Assembly: GCA_951406725.2 (NCBI GenBank)
Contig: OX597817.1
Location: 148,924,001 to 148,988,000 of the forward strand
Source of the DNA: Octopus vulgaris
Lineage: Eukaryota
Direction of reading: 5' to 3'
Length of the DNA stretch: 64,000 nucleotides
How positions within the stretch are numbered: position 1 is the stretch's first letter; each line of letters starts with the position of its first letter. This document shows positions 1 through 13,977 of the stretch, piece after piece. A program made the translations under genes and the position numbers. The notes under the pieces were generated by a model, which had not been told where the DNA came from, ran no database searches, and worked only from the letters and a program-made list of their open reading frames with translations.

Positions 1-95
1 ATTAACATAGACGAATGTTTATGTAACTGCATGCCAGAACAAGTGTGTAAGTGTGTGCGTATATATAAAAATGTACATGCACACACAGACACACA

Positions 96-154
<59 letters not shown>

Positions 155-400
155 TTTTCTTCTGTCGTTAGTTGTTTCGGTCATTTGACTGCGGCCATAC
201 AAGAGAAAGGTTTTTAGTCGAACGAATCGACCACAGGACTTACTCTTTATAAGCCTAGTACTTATTTCATTGGTCTCTTTGGCCGAAACGCTAAGTTACG
301 GTAACGTAAACACACCAACAACAGTTGTTAAACGATGATGTGGGGACAAACACAGACACAAACAGACACACATACATATACGCACACACACACGTATATA
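155..400 (-). mobile_element. SINE family A, 3' half
   Basis: Matches the 3' halves of the copies at 13145, 25735 and 56221 (gtttcggtcatttgactgcggccat...cctagtactta...acgtaaacacacca); the tail runs into (TA)n at 99-152. Confidence 0.8.
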
Positions 401-456
401 TAGGCTGAAAAAAGATTGGAGAAATATGCAAATCAAACTTTAATATATCAAGGACA

Positions 457-841
457 GAAGTAAGTCTAAGACATTTCAATTTAAGAATGAATTTAATAAA
501 AACGATTTTAACGAATTATTTAAAAATTTACATAAAGGAGATATTACTTGATTCGATGAATCTCATCTTGTTAAATATTAGTAAACAATTATAACAATTT
601 GCAGTGAAAACAATTGATCTTCTATCTGGGAGTCAAGAACATGTCTGCCTTGGGATCAGGACATGTTTTTGAACCCCAGACAGAAAATAAACGGTCTTTC
701 CTTCAAAGTTTTATGAATTTTTACTGATAAGGTAAGAATCATCGAAACCGTAATAACATTTTTATGTAATCTTTTAAATAATTCTTTAGAAATAATTTTT
801 ATCTGATTTCCATCTTAAATTGAAATGTCTTAGACTTACTT
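457..841. repeat. Imperfect ~385-bp palindrome (foldback)
   Basis: aagtaagtctaagacatttcaatttaaga (~458) is the reverse complement of tcttaaattgaaatgtcttagacttactt (ends 841); the inner arms tctgggagtcaagaacatgtc and gacatgtttttgaaccccaga also pair. Confidence 0.8.
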
Positions 842-905
842 ATGTGTTGTTTCTACCTCTTTGGTAGACGGAAATTAAAAGAAACCTGTTGTTTATATAT
901 ATATA

Positions 906-1560
906 CAACTCCAGCCAGTGGCACAACCCCTACCGACGATGTTCAGGGACATTCCGATACTATGTCACCGACTGCCGGCAATGTCTCGTTTCTCTTCCTC
1001 TTGCTCTTTTTTCTTTTCACCTGAGGGAGGGCGCGTCTCCTCCGTGACCGGGAGATTCGCCTCCTCACTCTTATTCCTAGGAATCTTCGGTGAGCACCCA
1101 TTGTTGATCACTTTCTCCCTCTTGCGGCCCTTCTTTGACGGGTCCTCCGCCTCCTCAGCCGCCTTTGTTTCCTCTTCTACAGAGGTCTCAACCAACTGCT
1201 CCAGGACCTTACTTTGTTCCTGGGGACAGTTTTTCTTTATACGGCCAGGCTCCAGACACCTGGGGTGGAGGCGACCCTGAAGAATCCCCGGGTACATGCA
1301 CCCGGTAATTTTCAAAAATTCTAGAAAAACCAGATTGGCTGATTGGGTCCACATGGTCAAAACAGCTTTTGACCCAACCCAATCAGCCGCAGGAAAAACT
1401 TTCACCATCAGGAGCTTGGCTCTGCTGCCACCCAGACCCCGGCGGATAGTCTCCTCTATCTACTCGGGCTTAATTCCGGGTGGCAACCCGCAGACCCAAG
1501 CTCTTGTCAACCTCTTCCCACAATACGTGGGAAGAAACAAAATTTCTCTGCCCTCTAAGG
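906..1560 (-). pseudogene. L1/Tx1-like LINE ORF1 (gag-like) fragment
   Basis: Reads PTYCGKRLTRAWVCGLPPGIKPE*IEE...ILQGRLHPRCLEPGRIKKNCP (decayed CCHC knuckle), then a K/E-rich tail; GC-rich; internal stop. Confidence 0.55.
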
Positions 1561-1564
1561 GCTA

Positions 1565-1623
1565 GCCACGCAGGGAGACTGACCTGGTAAGCAAACTACT
1601 TACTACACAGCCACTCCTGCGCC
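1565..1623 (-). mobile_element. SINE family A tRNA-like head (partly deleted)
   Basis: GGCGCAGGAGTGGCTGTGTAGTAAGTAGTTTGCTTACCA matches the heads ending at 13608, 26158 and 56687. Confidence 0.75.
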
Positions 1624-1822
1624 GAAAATCAGTTTTTTGTTGTTCTTTTTGTGGTGGTGTTTCGAATTAAAGACGTACAAGTTGAGACTTGAGAAGAAAT
1701 TTGATGAAACTGACTAATGACGTTTATCGTATTCAGCCCCGTAACTAAGATAATATTTTTCAATGATTAATGCTTTCTTCGCGCTGGTTATTATTTATGA
1801 ATAATTGTTATTTATGTGAATG

Positions 1823-1960
1823 AAGGCGCGATGCTTAGATTAGTGATCACTATCGATAGCCCTGGATTCGTTTCTGGACCGATAGTGCGTCTTTTCCTTG
1901 GTCAAGACACTTCATTATATATATGTTGCTCCATTACAATCAGCTGAAAGTAATTACCAA
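1823..1960 (+). mobile_element. Degenerate SINE family D head
   Basis: ccttggtcaagacacttc...tgttgctcca...tcagctg is similar to the copy at 22595-22914. Confidence 0.55.
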
Positions 1961-2354
1961 TGTCACGAGGATAATACTTTTGTCCCATTCATAGGCGCGC
2001 ATTTTACTCCCAGCTTAAAGGCCTCGAGAATCTGGGTAATCTCCGGCCTCATAAGACGTGTCAGAAACAAACTGAGTATTTTAAATTTGAATTAGATGAA
2101 AAAAAATGTTCAGTCATTAAATAATAAATATTCATTTGTATATGTCATATTTTGGTTATTTAAGAGACCAATTATAAGACAACGACATTTATGCAATTAT
2201 TATTTATTAAAGATTGCTGTGTTTCAGGAGACGTCATTTTAGTAAGAAGAATATAGATTTATGTTGGTTCATTTCACTTCTTAAATATACGTTTCTACAC
2301 TTATAGAAAGACATCTTAGTAATTTAGATATATTAGATAGTCACCATATTAATT

Positions 2355-2830
2355 TATTGGGAGTTTCAGTGACGTGTGTCATTTCATGAAAAGTATTAAC
2401 CATTTTTTCTTACCGTATTGTGACTGATCCCATTCACTTGAACTTACAGCAACAATTTGTCATGTCAAGCATTCAAGAAGTCTTTCAAAATGTGAAGCTT
2501 TATTTAACGCAAGATGCAGCATCCCTACACAACTACAGATGTGTATGGTCTCCTATTGATGAGGTCTTTTCAGTACAGGTGGATTTGATAAGCAGCTTCA
2601 ATAGAATACCTTCCGTATTACCCGGAGCAACACCACTAAACTTTTTTATGGCAACTCATAAAGGATAAAGTTTACAGCACTAAAATGGCAACGAAAATGT
2701 ACTCAGGGTTCTCATTGACCGAGAATACGCACAAATGTCGAATGAAATGTTTCTCGGTGTTGCCCGTAATTAGTTGTGTATGGACTAAAATATTTATAAG
2801 CTTGAAAACAGATGATCATAGAAATATTTG
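2355..2830 (+). pseudogene. Tc1/mariner-superfamily transposase C-terminal remnant
   Basis: TQDAASLH...IDEVF...PGATPLNFF then (frameshift) LWQLIKDKVY resembles QQDGAPPH...SPDLTPLDFFLWGxLKDKVY. Confidence 0.65.
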
Positions 2831-3055
2831 ACTTAGTGTGTAGATCCATACAAGTAGAAAGAAACATTTTTCAACACGTAAGAACTGATGGAAAAGCATG
2901 TATAAGATAAAATCCTTTAAGAACAGAAAAATTTATAAGCAACCAGCCATGATGAAAAATATATCTTTCTACTTTTACTACAATATATTTCAGCGCTTCA
3001 AAAACAAACTTATGCTTGTTTACATATGACGTAATATATATATATATTTATATAC

Positions 3056-3102
<47 letters not shown>

Positions 3103-3157
3103 CATACACGCATACATATATAAATACATATGTGTGTCTGTGTGTATATATATAGTT

Positions 3158-3285
3158 GGAATCTACAAAAAGAAACAAAAGACGAAGTCTGGTGTACGAA
3201 CAGAAAACAGGTGTAGTAGTTTCACGCTGGGGAAGGTGAAAAAGTCGTTTTGCGTTTCGAGTCGCTGCTCTTCAACAGAAACGAA
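3158..3285 (-). mobile_element. Probable Penelope-like terminal-repeat fragment
   Basis: Minus strand TTCTGTTGAAGAGCAGCGACTCGAAACG (decayed hammerhead-like core), then CACCAGACTTCGTCTTTTGTTTC; related tails at ~51600 and ~60110; abuts a microsatellite. Confidence 0.45.
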
Positions 3286-3530
3286 AACGAAAAAATAAAG
3301 GGAGAGAGAATGAAAAAAAAAACTTTAGTGGCTAGCGGTTGATCATGCCCGCTGGATGGCTGACTGGACGGAGGTGGTCAGAGAGGAGTGCTAGGAAGAA
3401 GGAGAGATAAGAAAGTAGTGGTGATTCCAAAACGAGGTGCGCGTACGTGTGTAGTGATTGGGTATAAGTGTGTGAGCGTGGATTGGGGCTGGTGACCTTG
3501 ACGTGTGGATGCGTGCATGTGTAGGTGTGT

Positions 3531-3661
<131 letters not shown>

Positions 3662-5143
3662 ATTTTGAAATAGGATAAAATCTTTATAAGAATTTATCCA
3701 AGTAGTTAGCGTGGATTATGAAATTACAGTGATATGCAGCTAAGTTCTGTTTTTAAATTACTTACTTCGAGAGTTGCATTCGGTACTATGTGTTTATTTA
3801 TTTTGGTAGTTTTAACTTTAAGAGTCCCTCCAAGCATATATATATGTGTGTGTGTATGTATGTATGTATGTATGTATGTATGTATGTATATAAACCTAAG
3901 CGCACATTCACAATATAAAAATGTGTACAAATAGAGATGTAGATAGATAGATAGATAGATACATACATACATACATACATACATACATACATACATACAT
4001 ACATACATACATACATACATACATACATACATACATAACTGTGTTTGTTTCTGATCTGTGTGTGTGTGTGTTAAGAAAGCATCTTGAAGTGAGGCTGGAA
4101 TCGAATTTCATTCTCCGATTACTTCCATATATATAGCCTGTGGAACAAGAGTCCCAACACTTTTAACAAACGACTGCCATCAACCAGCAGTCAGCCATTA
4201 TTAACCAAGAGATGCCAGCCAAATCTATACGCAAACGCCAGGAAACGCTTAAAGTGATGAAAAATATGAAATGCCAACGAAAACTCCGGGTGTGTATGTT
4301 CGATGCTTCAGCGACCTTTCTAACTCTGACATTTCTCATTTCAAATATCTACGAGTAGTTGACAGTTGCCATCCCTGCACATTCTTGCTGATAAACAATC
4401 ACCTTGTTAGGTAGCAGTGAATGGGAAAATTCATGGATATATATGCTGCCACATTATCGCCGCTAGATTAAAAGTGATAACAGTCTATTGTCATATCTTC
4501 AGCTGATGTGCGTTTAGCTAAGTGATATGGGAGAGAATTTTGAACTTTAAAATTTCTCCTATAACGCCTAGTGTCAATATGTTTAAGATATTAGTTCATT
4601 TCACATTTAAGTTACTAACCCACGGTTTAGTATTTAATTAATTCACATTGTGTAATTGTATATTTGAAATGTTATCTATATCTATAATCGCTGAAATCTG
4701 CTACTTATCTATTTCCTCCTGGCTTCAATAGTTAGCATTGAATGCAGCTTAGAGCTCTACGTGTCACAGAGTTACAATGGTTTAAATGATGTTGTATTTA
4801 CTTATTTATTTTGATCTGATGAAAAATGACTTAAGTGCTCCGTAAGGTTAATCTACTTGAACTATATAACTAAATCATTCGGCAATATCCATCGCTTTCG
4901 CCCAACCAATTCGTTGATTTCTTTGTGGAAATTGAAAGTAAATTTAAATTGATATAGCATTAACTCTTGCTGACTGGTAGCTCTACATATAACGATCTTT
5001 CCGTCTTCCATTCATTGCACTGATGTTGTTGTTTTACAGAGCCGTGATTAGAAAAGGTGGATTCAGTAATACAATAGACACTCATGAGACGTACGTAATA
5101 AACACAACTGCTCTACTTTCACTCGAAGACCTATACAAAGAAA

Positions 5144-5203
5144 ACGAGCGAGCCTCTACGTGATCGCACGACGAGCGAGCCTCTACGTGATCGTACGACG
5201 AGC
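5144..5203 (+). repeat. 27-bp tandem duplication
   Basis: ACGAGCGAGCCTCTACGTGATCGYACG x2 plus a partial copy. Confidence 0.9.
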
Positions 5204-5774
5204 TAGCAATACAACGCATGGCTTACCATCTTCAAAAAAGAACTCACTGAATACTCCATCATGTGGGAAAAACACACATTATAAGTATGACAGGAATAGC
5301 TTATTTTGTAAGCAAACAGTTTCGAAAATATGCAAGCCTCACGATAGACAACACATACGTTTCACGCTCTTTCTATATATATACATTATCATTTCACCCT
5401 TTTAAAAATCTAAGTATTTGTTAAGAGTAATAACACATTTCTTCCTGTAATAACATCTACGAACAGAATACAGTTAGATCACACTGCTAACACTTGGGAG
5501 TCTGTTTTAACATAGAATTAAAACTTCGGATAGATATCCAAGGGAGGTGATGTGAGGGTGCTGAAGAGGTTTAGCCACACCTGAGAGATATTAAATGCTT
5601 GCAAAGTGGAAGAAAAAATTGGGTTGAGATCTCTAGTATATGGTACCCCACTTCATCTCATATAATGAGAATATATATCATCAATCGTGATTCAAGATTA
5701 AATACATCGGAATTAGGGTCTCCTTTAAATGTAATGATTTTTCTTGGAGGATTTACATTGAATCTGTTGCCAAA

Positions 5775-6220
5775 TCAGCTCCAATGAAGATAGGCTCACT
5801 CCTTCGTTTGATGAGGTATCTCACTCCTGATACTATTCTGTTGTCACATATGGGCAGGTGCTCCTGCGGATTGTTCAACGCCGTATATGTAATGCTGTTG
5901 GTCCTGATCTATCATCTAAATTGGATTTACTCTCTCATCGTCATCGTGTGGCTTCCTTGTATGTTTTCTATAAGCATTTTCATGGACATTGCTCCGCTGA
6001 GCTCTCTTCTCTGGTTCCTCATTTAAGAACCTATCAGTGATCAACTAGACTTGCATCCAGTTCACTTCAGTATACTGTGCAACCTCCTAAGTGTCGTCAA
6101 GCACATTGTAGTACCAATTCTTTCGCTTTGGAAACTCCTTCTACAGTCTTGTTTTCCTCTTCAATATAACCTCCAGTCGTTTAAGTCAAATGTACATCGT
6201 CACCTATTGACTTCTGTCTA
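5775..6220 (+). pseudogene. CR1 (Zenon-like) LINE ORF2 3' fragment
   Basis: VQRRICNAVGPDLSSKLDLLSHRHRVASLYVFYKHFHGHCSAELSSLVP is a typical post-RT C-terminal motif (LSHRRxVASLxxFY). Confidence 0.75.
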
Positions 6221-6927
6221 GCGTCCATTTTATTCTAGTTGCCTTTTCAGTGTCTAAGGAACATGTAACGAGCGAAAGCTTTAAAATATATATGTGTGTG
6301 TTTGTGTATGTGTGTTAGTGTGTATGTGCTAGTGTTTGTGTGTATGTGTGTGTATGCACATGCCTACATTGATATTAATGCGAAACAGTGATGTGAAGTA
6401 AACAGACTTTAGGTTAACTCAAATATGTGAAATATTTTATTTTCTCAAGTCCATTTCGTTGCAGTTTACCGCGAATAAAATGTTCTCACTAATTGCTAAA
6501 TGTGAAAATACACAGCTATCAGTTGTGAGGTACCGTCTATCGGAGATCTGCTCACGTTTCTGACTAGTTATGCCCTCTTCAGAAAGAGTTACAAAAGATA
6601 GGCAATCCTGAGCTGACCAAGGCGTGGCTTCGTAATAAATCAGACAATACTAGTGGCTGATCTGCGCTCGTGGAGCACCTAGTTCGAACAAACTCATAAG
6701 CAGTAGGAAGAGGCAGAGATATGAAATAAATATACCTTTGTTTAGTTCAAATATGCTTGTCACATAGTTTGTATTTACACATTTTACCATAAACGAGAAT
6801 GTTTTTCTCTGCAGTAAAGCGCAGTGAATTTACATTTAATAATATATGTCACTAACACATCTGAAGTGAAAGTTTATATGTCTGTGTGCATATATTTATA
6901 TATATGTGTGTGTATGTGTGTGTATAT

Positions 6928-6980
<53 letters not shown>

Positions 6981-8529
6981 TGTGTGAAAGACAGAGAGTA
7001 TGTGTGTGGTGTGTGTGTTTGTGTGTGTGTGTGAGTGTATGTCCATTTTTCAGCTAATGTGTTTGTACCAACAGCACCTGTAGAAGATAAAAATCAAAGG
7101 CCTTTTGCATACTAAGTAACCTAGGCATTTCACAATTATCAATAAATATAGGTCGATAGGTTAAGTTCTGTATTGAAATTAGTACTGAATATGATGCCCC
7201 AGTCGGCCGCACTCCAATAAATGTTTTTGTATCAAAAATAAAGAGAAAATAGCATATATAAATATGGCAGACAGAAAATGTTTATAGATAAATATTTGCA
7301 AAGCACAAAGGCAACATGGTCAATCTTCCTTTAGAAACAGAATGTGTCATTTTATGCATACGCTAATCACAGAGGTATAATATATTTTGCCACCAAGCAC
7401 CGACTCACATTCATTAACTTAATTTAAGTTTCATTTGTAAGACAAATGATGAAGAGAATGTTCTTTATGTCTGCATGTTTCGTTTCTCTGTTTTTTTTCG
7501 TTTTTCGAAAAAAGTACGTTTTTTATGTTTTTGTTTTTATGTTTTCGTTTCTCATATTGTCTACGTTTGTTTTATATCCTGTACCCATATATGCATGTAA
7601 ATATACATATATGTGTACGTATGTGTATATATGTGTGTATATATGCATATATTTATATATTATTTATATATCATATATATATATATGCCTATCTATGCAT
7701 AAAAGTGCATACCTAAGTACAGACATACATGCATACATATATACATACATTGCAAAAGGACGCTCAAAACAAAAAGAAAAGTTTAGTAACAAATGAAAGA
7801 TCAAAAATCTGCCCTGTAAGTGAAAAACTGATCATTCGATATGGGGAGACATGATGTGGGGAGAAAAAGGTAATAAATAGAAATACTGTTATAAAAATAC
7901 GATTGGTTTGATAGCAAAAAGATGAATGCCGCAGACATAAGATTCAATTTCAGCCGAACTTTGTGATAATGTCGTCAATAGAAGTGTTGATCTCTCGTCA
8001 GATAGGCGCCATATTGACTGATCAGCGATGGCAATATTACTATCTAGATTTTAGAAATAATAACTGAAATGATAATATTAGTAGTGTTAATGCCGTAAGT
8101 AAACTAGTATTTATATTAGCTTAGAAATCCGTTTTGAAACCAATAGATGTGAGATGAAAGTAGATTGAAATTTATATAATTCTTTGGTGTAAACGTACGG
8201 TAGTGATTGTCTGTGAAGTGTTAGTGTGTGTTTATGTTTGTGTGTATCAGACAAAAGTTATTTCTAAAACACCAAGCTAATAACAGCAGAGTCTGCCAGG
8301 CATGGATTATACATGTAAAGGCCAGCGGTTATTTCCCAAAATATTTCGTTTGCTTTGACATAGTCATTATTTTAAGATATTATATTATTACTTAATTCAT
8401 TATATACCGTCATATTCCTATAACACTGGCTTCTGCTCATACATCATATTCGATTGATGAAGACATGTTAGATTATTTATAATGGAGGATGATAGTAGCG
8501 GGCTTAGACGAAGAGGAAACAAAGAGCTA

Positions 8530-9820
8530 CGAGGGGTGTTCAATAAGTAATGCCCCTGACCCACTTCCCATAGAAGTAGAGCAACGAAACTTGGCACAGT
8601 TATTAGTCTTTTTCTACATAGAAACCACTCATAGTTACGCATTTCTACCATCGTCTGATGCAGCTCTGGAGACCGTTTTTGTAGAAGACCCCAGCTTGGT
8701 CCTCCAACAACGACGTGTCGTCAGAAATCAAGGCTGCATCATCTGGGAAACGCTTTCCTTTCAAAAACAACTTCATGGCTGGGAAGAGGTGAAAATCAGA
8801 GGGTGCAAGGTCAAGAGAGTAGGGGCAAGGGGGAGGAGTTCATAGCCTCACGCCTGTGCTTCTGATCTGGCGACCATCGAGTTGTGGACCGGAGCGTTGT
8901 CCTGCAGGAGGAGGATGCCTTTGCTGATCATGCCCCGCCTCTTGATTTTGATAGCTTCTCTTAATTTCATCAAAAGTGAAGCATAATAGGCTCCTGTAAT
9001 TGTGGTACCCTTTGCCAGGAAATCTGTCATCACTACTCCGTCCTGGTCCCAGAAGACTATGAGCATGACCTTGCTAGTGAAGGGCTCACCCTTGCCTTCT
9101 TTGGAGGAGGTGAGTCACGGTGCTTCCACTGCATTGACTGGGCTTTTGTCTCTGGATCATAGTGATGGACCCAGGTTTCATCCTGTGTAATCTGTCTTTT
9201 GAAAAATGTTGACTCATCTTCTTGGCACATCTCCAAATTCATCCTCGAGCACTCGACGCATTCTTGCTTCCGGAAAGGTATGAGCAACCTGGGAATCCAT
9301 CTGCCAGACACCTTTTGCATATGCAAATGGTCATGAATGATTGGATTCCACAGACCCGGTACTAACCTTGACCTCATGGGCTATTTGCCGAATAGTTATG
9401 CGTCGATCTTCCAAAATGGCAGCTTCAACTTGATGGACAGATGCCTCATCAATAGCAGTAGGGGGCGACCAGATCTGGGAGCTGTTTCCACAGAGTTCCG
9501 ACCATGTTTGAATTCACAATGCCAGCGTTTTACAAGGTCATATGATGGGGCATCATCACCATAAGTTACTTTCATTTCATCAAAAGTCTCCCGTGATGTG
9601 CGTCCTTTCAAATATAAAAAGAGGATCACTGCCCGACATTCAACAGGCTCTATTTCACACTTGACTCAGTTTAAACACCTGTAAATCAGAAACCACAATT
9701 AGTCCAGAGCTGTAATTTACCACTTAATCTATAGAGATATAGATAATTGCACATGTAAAACTCCAGCTAGATCAAACAATTGCAAGTGGGTCAGAGGCAT
9801 TACTTATTGAACGCTTCTCG
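8530..9820 (-). mobile_element. Full-length mariner (1291 bp) with frameshifted transposase
   Basis: TIRs cgaggggtgttcaataagtaatgcccctgacccactt and aagtgggtcagaggcattacttattgaacgcttctcg; TA on both sides (8528-8529, 9821-9822); motifs WIPRLL, TQDETWVHHYDPE, LQDNAPVH, YSLDLAPSDFHLF. Confidence 0.95.
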
Positions 9821-10309
9821 TATGCATATGAAGTGCATAATGAAGATATATCTTTGTCTTTTATCGTTCTTCACATTTCAGTCATTGCACTGAGGCCATG
9901 CCGGGGCACCGCATTGATAAACATAAGCTGAACGAATCGGCCCTAGTAATCTTTAAGTCTGACATCTATTCTGCACTCCTCAAAACCCCAGTTCGCCCGT
10001 ACTAGGTAGTATCGCTTCACTACCAAATGCTGTTTAAAAGAGGATATTACTTTTGTGTGTTTGAGATGGCATGAGGAGAACAATAAGTATTGTTTAGAAT
10101 CTGTTTGTAGTGAATATCTATTTCAATGATTTTGTCTTTTGATGATTAGTATATCCAAGAATGGTTGTTGAGTTTTACTGTATTCCAAGGGGATCGAATA
10201 AACAGACTTTAATAACAAATAGAGTAACACCAGCTGTTGGTTGCAGAGTAGCAGTTGGTGCTAATGTGGTACATACTAGATATCGGCAGTCAGAGGCCTA
10301 AAATTAGCC

Positions 10310-11900
10310 AGAAGAGCATACCTCTGGTGACAACGATACGATAAATTGTATTTCTTGTTGATGGATGATACGGGTTGTTGAAGGATATGTAGTTTTTCGC
10401 GGAGGAAGAGCTGGCGGTTGGGTGCGCCCTGTCGATAATACACCACTTGATGCTGGGTATTTTATCTCGGAAATCACGGAGTCTCCAGAGAAAACGAGAC
10501 AGGGAAGTAAATTTATCTCTGTCCCTGGATCTGAATGAATACATATGCTGGGAAAATTTTCCCTTGAAATCATTAACTGTCATAGTGCCTAGTAATGCCA
10601 TCGGATGGAGTAAGGGTAGTTCTGTATACTACGGCCCTTGATAGGAAAGATCATTCTAGGATGCGTACAGCGGGTTTTCGAACGTTGCAGGTTGGGTTTG
10701 GGGTGGTGTGGGTGCATTTTTACGTCTGTTGATGCATGCGATGTTAGATGCGATGTTTTCTAACCAGGAGTTGCTCACCTTGACATTATGGGGAAGTGTT
10801 TCTTAATTAGCGATAGGAAGCCCCTATCTATGTTGATAGTAACTTATACGTTGAAAGTGGGGTTAAACCATATAATTTTCCTTCTCCTAATCCTTTAGGG
10901 GTGAGGAGAGGGTGTTTGGAATTTGTCCACATACGTGAGCTTCTCAGCAAACCCGCTCCTAGCCAAAGCATCGTCGTAGCGGGGACGGGTCTTTTCCTAG
11001 AAATTAGATAATTGTCTTCTAATAGCTGGAATCAGGTTCCTAATTACAGTGGGGGGTGAGGTCTTTTGGATGAATACTGTATTCTAGTTAGGCTTCCTGT
11101 ACGGGTAATATTTGCCCGTACTCAGGTCCAAGAAATTGACTGTAGTTAGGTTTTTGGCAACCGTTATGGACAGACCGAGCTCCTTAAATACTTCTGTCAA
11201 GTCCTTCTTGAACCTGTCCATGGTGTGGCTGGTCATACGGCTTTAGACAGTCACGCCGTCGTCCCTATAGAGTGCCGACCAATGTGGGTGGGTACGTCCC
11301 TTGAGGGAATCCAAGATGCATATGTCGACGAGGTCGGGGATTTCAACTCCGCCAATGCACCCCATAGAGACGCCGAACGATGGTTCGCCTTCTCTTTTCA
11401 CCCAGAAAGAATCGTCGTGGGCTACAATTGACTTTCTGACATTCATGATAATTCTGATGTGAAGGCCACTAATGCTGGTGTATTGTCAGCAAACGTTAGG
11501 GCCTTATGAAGGAGGAACTGAGATATGGAAGGGAAGAAGTCGACAATGACGAACAGGGTGAACCTATAGGCTGATTTATTCTCGATATCTCGGGACTAGT
11601 CTACGACGGCTACGCTGGAGTCCCATTGAATCAATCCTGTAACTCCTCTGATATCGGAGTTGATAGTATCGAGAATACATTTGCTAATAATACTTATCTC
11701 ACTTTTAGAAGGGTTGACCAGCCTGCATTTGGCACTGGAGTGGAAGTTAGACTTATGGTCCTTAAGTGTAATATGGTGGTGGAAGGTCGCGTGGCATGGC
11801 GTGGCACGCCACGCGATCCTCTATGTTAAGGCGGGTGGCTAGCTCCTTTGCTTCTGCGTATATGGAATTACGGGTTTTCTTGTATGTTTTGGTGGTGGCA
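10310..11900 (-). pseudogene. Decayed Penelope-like element (RT + C-terminal GIY-YIG), probably Naiad-type
   Basis: FGVSMGCIGGVEIPDLV...LYRDDG (RT); RRRKIIWFNP linker; FKGKFSQHMYSFR...IKWCIIDRA...QLFLREKLHIL...INKK (endonuclease tail). Confidence 0.8.
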
Positions 11901-12376
11901 CTTGTAAGAAGTCTTCAGTGTGTGGAATAATATTCTATTCTCCGATTAGATGCGAAAATTTTTAATTACAAACAAATGACTGAAAAGTGATAAACGAACC
12001 GCGGCCATTGTAGATTTCTCTCCGTATGTTACAAAGCCTTTCGTGTTTGTTTACACACATTATCTGTTGTAATGTGTACAACATATTATAAGCAAATATC
12101 TTATTAGAAATGGAAGTAGAGAGACGTGTCACTGAAGAGATGGCAACAATGCGATGAAATAATTGAAAAAAAAAGGAAATGACAACATTAACAATACTGA
12201 ACATTTAAACGATTAACAGTTTGACCAAAGTGTTTGACATATGAGTTTGAATAACTAGTAAGAAAACGGCTGATCGATAAATTGGTTAATGAAGTAACAA
12301 ACCCATTAACTAACAATAACAATAAAGGACCGAACCAGTGCGTGTGTTTATTATTACTGGTATAATGCCCCTCCCA

Positions 12377-12592
12377 GAATCATTAGCACGTCGGGCGAAA
12401 TGCTTAGCGGTATTTCGGCTGCCGTTACGTTGTGAGTTCATATTCCGCCGAGGTCGACTTTGCCTTTCATCCTTTTGGGGTCGATAAATTAAGTACCAGT
12501 TACGCACTGGGGTCGATATAATCGACTTAATACCTATGTCTGTCCATGCTTGTCCTCTCTATGTTTAGCCCCTTGTGGGTAATAAAGAAATG
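12377..12592 (+). mobile_element. SINE family B (tRNA-derived, Meta-domain-like core)
   Basis: B-box-like GAGTTCATATTCC; core GGTCGACTTTGCCTTTCATCC...GGTCGATAAATTAAGTACCAG; 18-bp TSD ggtataatgcccctccca at 12359-12376 and 12593-12610. Confidence 0.9.
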
Positions 12593-12986
12593 GGTATAAT
12601 GCCCCTCCCAAGTTTCAATAGTATTTCTTTCAAAACACAAATTTACATCAAGAATCTTGCAAACCAAATACAAATACGTACAATATATATAATTGTGTAC
12701 CATGTTCTCTCTTTTTATTTGTTTATTTGTCTTTTGTCTCTTTGTTGCCGTACACATTCGATAGCTTTCTTACAAACGGGTCTAATGCTCTTAGCTTAGA
12801 CTTTTTTGGGGGCAACCAGATCGAACCATCTCAAGAGTAACTGCCCGAAATAGTTGTGACTTCTGGTGCTTTACTGAGGAAAGAAAACCACGAATGACCC
12901 GGGTTTTTTTTTTTTTTTGCCTGTCCTTCTAATTGTTGCTTCTCTTGTCCGCCTTTGTATCGGCTATATGTCCCAATGTTTTATTG

Positions 12987-13059
<73 letters not shown>

Positions 13060-13144
13060 ATATTTGAATGATCAAAGAAATGACGTAATGACTTCCATTC
13101 GCTTACAGATGTTCTGCCATAAAGAATCAATTATCTGAGAGTAT

Positions 13145-13362
13145 TCTTTTCTTTATTCTTTTATTTGTTTCAGTCATTTGAATGCGGCCATGCTGGAGCA
13201 CCGCCTTTAGTCCTGCAAAATGACCCCAGGACTTATTCTTTCTAAGCCTAGTACATATTCTATCGGCCTCTTTTGTCGAACCGCTAAATTACGGGGACGT
13301 AAACACACCAGCATCGATTGTCAAGCGATGCTGGGGGTACAAACACAGACACACAAACATAT

Positions 13363-13444
<82 letters not shown>

Positions 13445-13608
13445 GACGGGCTTCTTTCAGTTGCCGTCTACCAAATCCACTCACAAGTCTCTGCTCGGCC
13501 CGAGGCCATATTAGAAGACACTTGCCCTAGATGCCACGCAGTGGGACTGAACCCGGAACTATGTTGTTGGTAAGCGAGCTACTTACCACACAGGCTCTCC
13601 TGTGCCTA
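13145..13608 (-). mobile_element. SINE family A, full length, with internal (TA)n(TG)n
   Basis: tRNA-like head with B box GGTTCAGTCCC, internal microsatellite, 3' stem-loop and AAAAGA-type tail. Confidence 0.9.
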
Positions 13609-13940
13609 CGATGCGTTATAGAAAGAACAGCTTGAGTTAATAAAAGCAAAATACGTACTACTATTTGGTTTATTGTGCTTGCAACCGAATGGACATAATA
13701 ACCATGGCCTATCTGGTGTCAAATCGGGGAACACTTTAAGCCCACCACCCATGACCAGGAATTATCATCTTAACTGGTTTCCACACTTCTATAGAATTTT
13801 AGGTGTTAAGAGGACGCAGTGAGAGTTTGAACCCCGAACTACATAGTCATGAAACGAACTTCCTACCTATACACTCGACCCCTCAATTTCTCTCACTTCA
13901 TCTGTCTAGTTATCTCTCTCCCATTCTCTCTCTTTTCCAT

Positions 13941-13977
<37 letters not shown>

